In this document: one piece after another, positions 6,583 to 10,036 of the stretch | Layout: each line of letters begins with the position of its first letter | How positions within the stretch are numbered: position 1 is the first letter of the stretch | DNA from: an uncultured bacterium | GTDB taxonomy: Bacteria > Auribacterota > Erginobacteria > Erginobacterales > Erginobacteraceae | Direction of reading: 5' to 3' | Length of the DNA stretch: 10,036 bases | NCBI GenBank assembly: GCA_963822585.1 | Contig: CAWGIE010000004.1 | Location: forward strand, 1-10,036 | Program-made: the position numbers and the translations under genes | The notes under the pieces: generated by a model | Told to the model about the DNA's origin: nothing | The model's database searches: none | The model's input: the letters and a program-made list of their open reading frames with translations, nothing else

Positions 6583-6629
6583 GCGGGGTAGACTGCGCGA
6601 GGGCTACGTTCCTATAAAGGGGAACGTTA

Positions 6630-6657
6630 TTGCTCTTTCTTTCGTCTAATGTATAGT
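6630..6657 (+). promoter_or_regulatory. Candidate sigma70-type promoter (TTGCTC-N16-TATAGT)
   Basis: Near-consensus hexamers oriented towards the sulfatase-like genes; immediately followed by a hairpin at 6664-6686. Confidence 0.35.
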
Positions 6658-6856
6658 GGTACCAATTAGCGCCGATGGCGTTAATTAAGTGTTTCGGAAT
6701 TTTCTGCCCAAGGCTCCCTATCATTGCGGGTGCCACCTTAGACGGAGATGCACGCCTCTGGCGCACAATTTGCATATTTTCCCTCCAGAGAAATAAGAAT
6801 GTGTATGGCGATGAACCGACGGTGCCGGAATATCTTGAAGAAAATTCGTGAAATTT

Positions 6857-6881
6857 CTCCGCCCCGAAGCTTTAATCGGGG
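6857..6881 (+). repeat. REP-like CCCCGAAGNNTTAATCGGGG, copy 2
   Basis: CTCCGCCCCGAAGCTTTAATCGGGG. Confidence 0.8.
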
Positions 6882-6992
6882 GCGTAATTCGTAGTTCATA
6901 TTTTTTGAATGAGTGAAGATTCGCGGTTAAATAAGTCACGAAGTTACGTTCTGAAATCGGACGATACGGATTGAGATGGGGGAACTTTTCCG

Positions 6993-8420
6993 TTGTTAAC
7001 ACTGATTCGCAAATATTGTTCTTACGGAGCAAGAATAATCATGCTGGTATGCCTTGCCGGTATGGTTCTCGCCTGCGGGAGAGGAGGCGAACCCCGGAAA
7101 GGAATTAATATCATCCTGATCTCCATCGACACCCTGCGCCCGGATCACCTGGGTTGCTACGGATACGGGAGAAATACCAGCCCCGCCATCGATGCCCTGG
7201 CTAAAAAGGGGGCCGTCTTCCTGAACACCGTCAGCACCACCTCCTGGACGCTTCCCGCCCATATGTCGCTCCTGACCGGAACGGACATCACCGTTCATGG
7301 CGTAAAGAACGACGGGATCAGCCTTCACCACTCAATCCCGACCCTGGCCGAGATCCTCCAGGAAAACGGGTACTCCACCGCCGCCTTCTGCAGTTCCCCC
7401 TACCTCAACCCGGCTTTCGGTTTTGACCGCGGGTTCGACGTTTACCACAACACCGACCTGGAGACGAACGAATTTCCGGACACGATCTTTCTCGAGGACC
7501 GGGACAAGTGGCAGCAGGTTCACGAAGACATCACCAGCCCCCGGATCGAACACCTGGCGGTCGACTGGCTGGAGAAGCATCAAAAGGAACCGTTCTTTCT
7601 CTTCCTCCATTTCTGGGACCCCCACTTCGACTTTATCCCGCCGCCGCCCTACGATACCCTCTTCGACCCCGATTACCAGGGCAGCGTCACTTCCCTCCAT
7701 TTCATGTTCAACAAGGATATCCACGAAGGGATGGACCCCCGGGATCTCGCCCACATCATCGCCCTCTATGACGGTGAGATAGCGTCCACCGATTTTCATC
7801 TGGGACGGATCATCGACCGGCTCCGGGAACTCGGCCTGTTCGACCGGACCCTGATCGTCGTCACCGGGGATCATGGAGAAGAGTTCTTCGAGCACGGCAA
7901 CAAGGGCCACCGGATAACACTTTACGACGAGACCGTCCGCATCCCACTGGTCGTCGTTCTTCCGGGACGCGACCTGCGGGGGATGAAGATCGTTCAACAG
8001 GCCGGTATTATCGACATCGCCGCCACCATCCTCGATTATCTGGGGCTCCCGGTCCGCCCCCCCATGCAAGGCCATTCGCTCCTCCCCTTCCTGGAGGGGA
8101 AAGCGCCGAACGAAGTCAACCCCCAGCTGCTGGAGCTGGAAGACACCCTGCGGGCGCTCCGTACCAACCAGTATAAACTCCTCTTCAACCTCGATCACCG
8201 GGAAACCACGATCCTCGACCTGGAAAAGGACCCCCGGGAGACCCACAATCATCTGATCACGTCGCTGACAGGATGGGCTGAAGCCAACCGGGATTTTTAC
8301 CGGAGGCTGGAAGCCGACCGGGCACTGGAGGAGGAGTACCGGCGGGGAGAGACCGGTCAGGAGGTCACGCTGAGCGAAGAACAAATTGAAAGACTCAAGG
8401 CGCTGGGGTACATTAAGTAG
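6993..8420 (+). CDS. Sulfatase-like hydrolase/transferase (alkaline phosphatase superfamily), probable lipoprotein
   Basis: NIILISIDTLRPDHLGCYGY, SWTLPAHMSLLTG, PFFLFLHFWDPH, YDGEI, GDHGEEF.EHG and C-terminal LKALGY. Basic N-region, hydrophobic stretch and lipobox VLA-C (Cys codon 7074). Start is TTG 6993 or ATG 7041. Confidence 0.88.
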   Translation: MLTLIRKYCSYGARIIMLVCLAGMVLACGRGGEPRKGINIILISIDTLRPDHLGCYGYGRNTSPAIDALAKKGAVFLNTVSTTSWTLPAHMSLLTGTDITVHGVKNDGISLHHSIPTLAEILQENGYSTAAFCSSPYLNPAFGFDRGFDVYHNTDLETNEFPDTIFLEDRDKWQQVHEDITSPRIEHLAVDWLEKHQKEPFFLFLHFWDPHFDFIPPPPYDTLFDPDYQGSVTSLHFMFNKDIHEGMDPRDLAHIIALYDGEIASTDFHLGRIIDRLRELGLFDRTLIVVTGDHGEEFFEHGNKGHRITLYDETVRIPLVVVLPGRDLRGMKIVQQAGIIDIAATILDYLGLPVRPPMQGHSLLPFLEGKAPNEVNPQLLELEDTLRALRTNQYKLLFNLDHRETTILDLEKDPRETHNHLITSLTGWAEANRDFYRRLEADRALEEEYRRGETGQEVTLSEEQIERLKALGYIK

Positions 8421-8450
8421 GAAGTGCCTAAAGTGTGAAGTGCCTAAAGT
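8421..8450 (+). repeat. Short tandem duplication GAAGTGCCTAAAGT x2 (16-bp period)
   Basis: 8421-8434 and 8437-8450 are identical, directly after the stop codon. Confidence 0.8.
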
Positions 8451-8529
8451 TAAAAACTACGCGAATGTGATTATACAGATCCCCGAAATGTATTTTTTAA
8501 TGCTTGCACATTCTTATTTTTCCGCGCTG

Positions 8530-8549
8530 CCCCGAAGTCTTAATCGGGG
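8530..8549 (+). repeat. REP-like CCCCGAAGNNTTAATCGGGG, copy 3
   Basis: CCCCGAAGTCTTAATCGGGG, abutting the RBS of the second sulfatase-like gene. Confidence 0.8.
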
Positions 8550-8561
8550 AAGGAATAATAA

Positions 8562-9959
8562 ATGAAGAAACATTTGATTATTATATCCTTCCTGGCCGGT
8601 TTTATCCTGTGGGCGGGAGATCTTCCGGCGGCGACGGAGAAGCTTCCGGATATACTCCTGATCTCGATCGACTCCCTCCGGCCCGATCATCTCGGCTGCT
8701 ACGGGTACGGGCGCGACACCAGCCCCGCCCTCGATAAACTGGCCGCGGACGGGACGCTCTTCGAGAACACGGTCAGCACCACCTCCTGGACCCTCCCCGC
8801 CCATATCTCGCTCTTCACCTCGATGGATATCTCGGTCCATGGGGTCGCTCATGACGGGCTCAGCCTCCATCCCGGGATCGGGACTCTCGCCCAGGAACTA
8901 AAAAAGAACGGATACGCGACCGCCGCCTTCTGTTCCTCCCCTTATATGAGCCCGGCCTTCGGCTTTGACCGGGGTTTTGACCTTTACCACAATATCGACC
9001 TGGAGGACAATAAAATCGCGGATACGACGCTCCCTAACCCCGAGCAGCGGGACGGAGTGCACGGAGAGATCACCAGTCCCCGGATCACCGAACTGGCAAC
9101 CGAATGGATCCGAAGCCACCGGGAGAAGCCGTTCTTTCTCTTCCTCCACTTCTGGGACGTCCATTTCGATTATATCCCTCCCCCGCCGTATGACCGCCGC
9201 TTCGATCCGGATTACACGGGCAAGATCGACGGCAGGGATTACTGGCACAATGAGAAGATAAACCCCCAGATGGACCCCCGGGACCTGGAACACATCATCG
9301 CCCTCTATGACGGGGAGATCGCCTATGTCGACCAGCACCTGGAGCAGATCTTCGGGGTTCTGAAAGAATTGGGTCTTGATGACCGGACACTGATCGTGGT
9401 TACCGCCGACCACGGCGATGAATTTTTCGAGCACGGCGGGAAGGGACATCGCAGCACGCTCTTTGACGAAGTGGTGAAGATACCGCTGATCGTCCGACCC
9501 CCGGGGGGGAACCGGACCGGCCGGAAAGTCCCCGGACAGGTCAGCATCATCGATATCGCGCCCACCATCCTGGAACTGGCCGGCGTAGCCGTCCCGGGAT
9601 GGATGCAGGGCGTTTCACTGGCCCCGGCCATCCGGGGGGAAGCGCTCCCCGGCAACCGGTACGCCCTGCTGGAATTGGGCAACGTCCTCAAGGCCCTCCG
9701 GACGGACACCCGCAAGCTCCTCTTCAATGCCCTGGCCCTCCATACCATCATCCTCGATCTCAAGAAAGATCCCGGGGAGTCCCAGCAGGCCCTGGTTACC
9801 GACCCGGAAGAGTGGAACCGGCTCAACCGGGCGTTTTACGAACGGATACTGAATGACCGGGAACTGGCCCTGAAGTACCGGGGAGGGGAGACGGGGGGGG
9901 CGGTCACACTGGATGCCGAACAAGTCAAAAAGCTGCGGGACCTGGGATACATGCAGTAG
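8562..9959 (+). CDS. Sulfatase-like hydrolase/transferase (alkaline phosphatase superfamily), signal peptide; paralogue of upstream gene
   Basis: MKKH followed by a hydrophobic signal; DILLISIDSLRPDHLGCYGY, SWTLPAHISLFTS, ADHGDEFFEHG and C-terminal LRDLGY; SD-like AAGGA upstream. Confidence 0.9.
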   Translation: MKKHLIIISFLAGFILWAGDLPAATEKLPDILLISIDSLRPDHLGCYGYGRDTSPALDKLAADGTLFENTVSTTSWTLPAHISLFTSMDISVHGVAHDGLSLHPGIGTLAQELKKNGYATAAFCSSPYMSPAFGFDRGFDLYHNIDLEDNKIADTTLPNPEQRDGVHGEITSPRITELATEWIRSHREKPFFLFLHFWDVHFDYIPPPPYDRRFDPDYTGKIDGRDYWHNEKINPQMDPRDLEHIIALYDGEIAYVDQHLEQIFGVLKELGLDDRTLIVVTADHGDEFFEHGGKGHRSTLFDEVVKIPLIVRPPGGNRTGRKVPGQVSIIDIAPTILELAGVAVPGWMQGVSLAPAIRGEALPGNRYALLELGNVLKALRTDTRKLLFNALALHTIILDLKKDPGESQQALVTDPEEWNRLNRAFYERILNDRELALKYRGGETGGAVTLDAEQVKKLRDLGYMQ

Positions 9960-10036
9960 CTGTCTTCGTTTTGCCCTCCCTGTTTGTCGCGAATCATCAA
10001 GATCGCTTCCTGGCCTCCCGGGGTCACTTCCGCTGG

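Noticed and set aside
6400..6990. tRNA, rRNA or known riboswitch (cobalamin, fluoride, c-di-GMP) in the long spacer
   Set aside because: I could not match any consensus by eye; an Rfam scan would be needed to exclude these formally.
6996..10027. Minus-strand ORFs such as 7332-8384, 8898-9449, 9323-9826 and 9836-10027
   Set aside because: They are antisense shadows of the sulfatase-like genes.

Overview
Bacterial DNA with GC-rich genes and AT-rich, repeat-laden spacers; the taxon cannot be determined from this window. The minus strand from 5520 to 306 carries a compact bacterial microcompartment (BMC) operon: permuted double-stacking BMC-T, BMC-H, BMC-P (EutN/CcmL), a CoA-acylating aldehyde dehydrogenase with an encapsulation peptide, a PduS-like flavin/Fe-S oxidoreductase, and a PduT-like BMC-T retaining the Fe-S ligand Cys38. 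No signature enzyme, phosphotransacylase or alcohol dehydrogenase is in view. From recall, the gene order and shell proteins resemble the Haliangium ochraceum (HO) BMC locus of unknown function, here with an added PduS/PduT redox module. Upstream is a GtrA-family membrane protein gene (-), followed by two divergently transcribed tandem paralogues encoding exported sulfatase-like enzymes with a non-canonical T-x-P-x-H active-site motif. Most spacers contain short palindromic or tandem-repeat elements. These include a family of perfect AT-rich 3-nt-loop palindromes at BMC gene boundaries (one inside a coding region) and nested REP-within-MITE-like structures.
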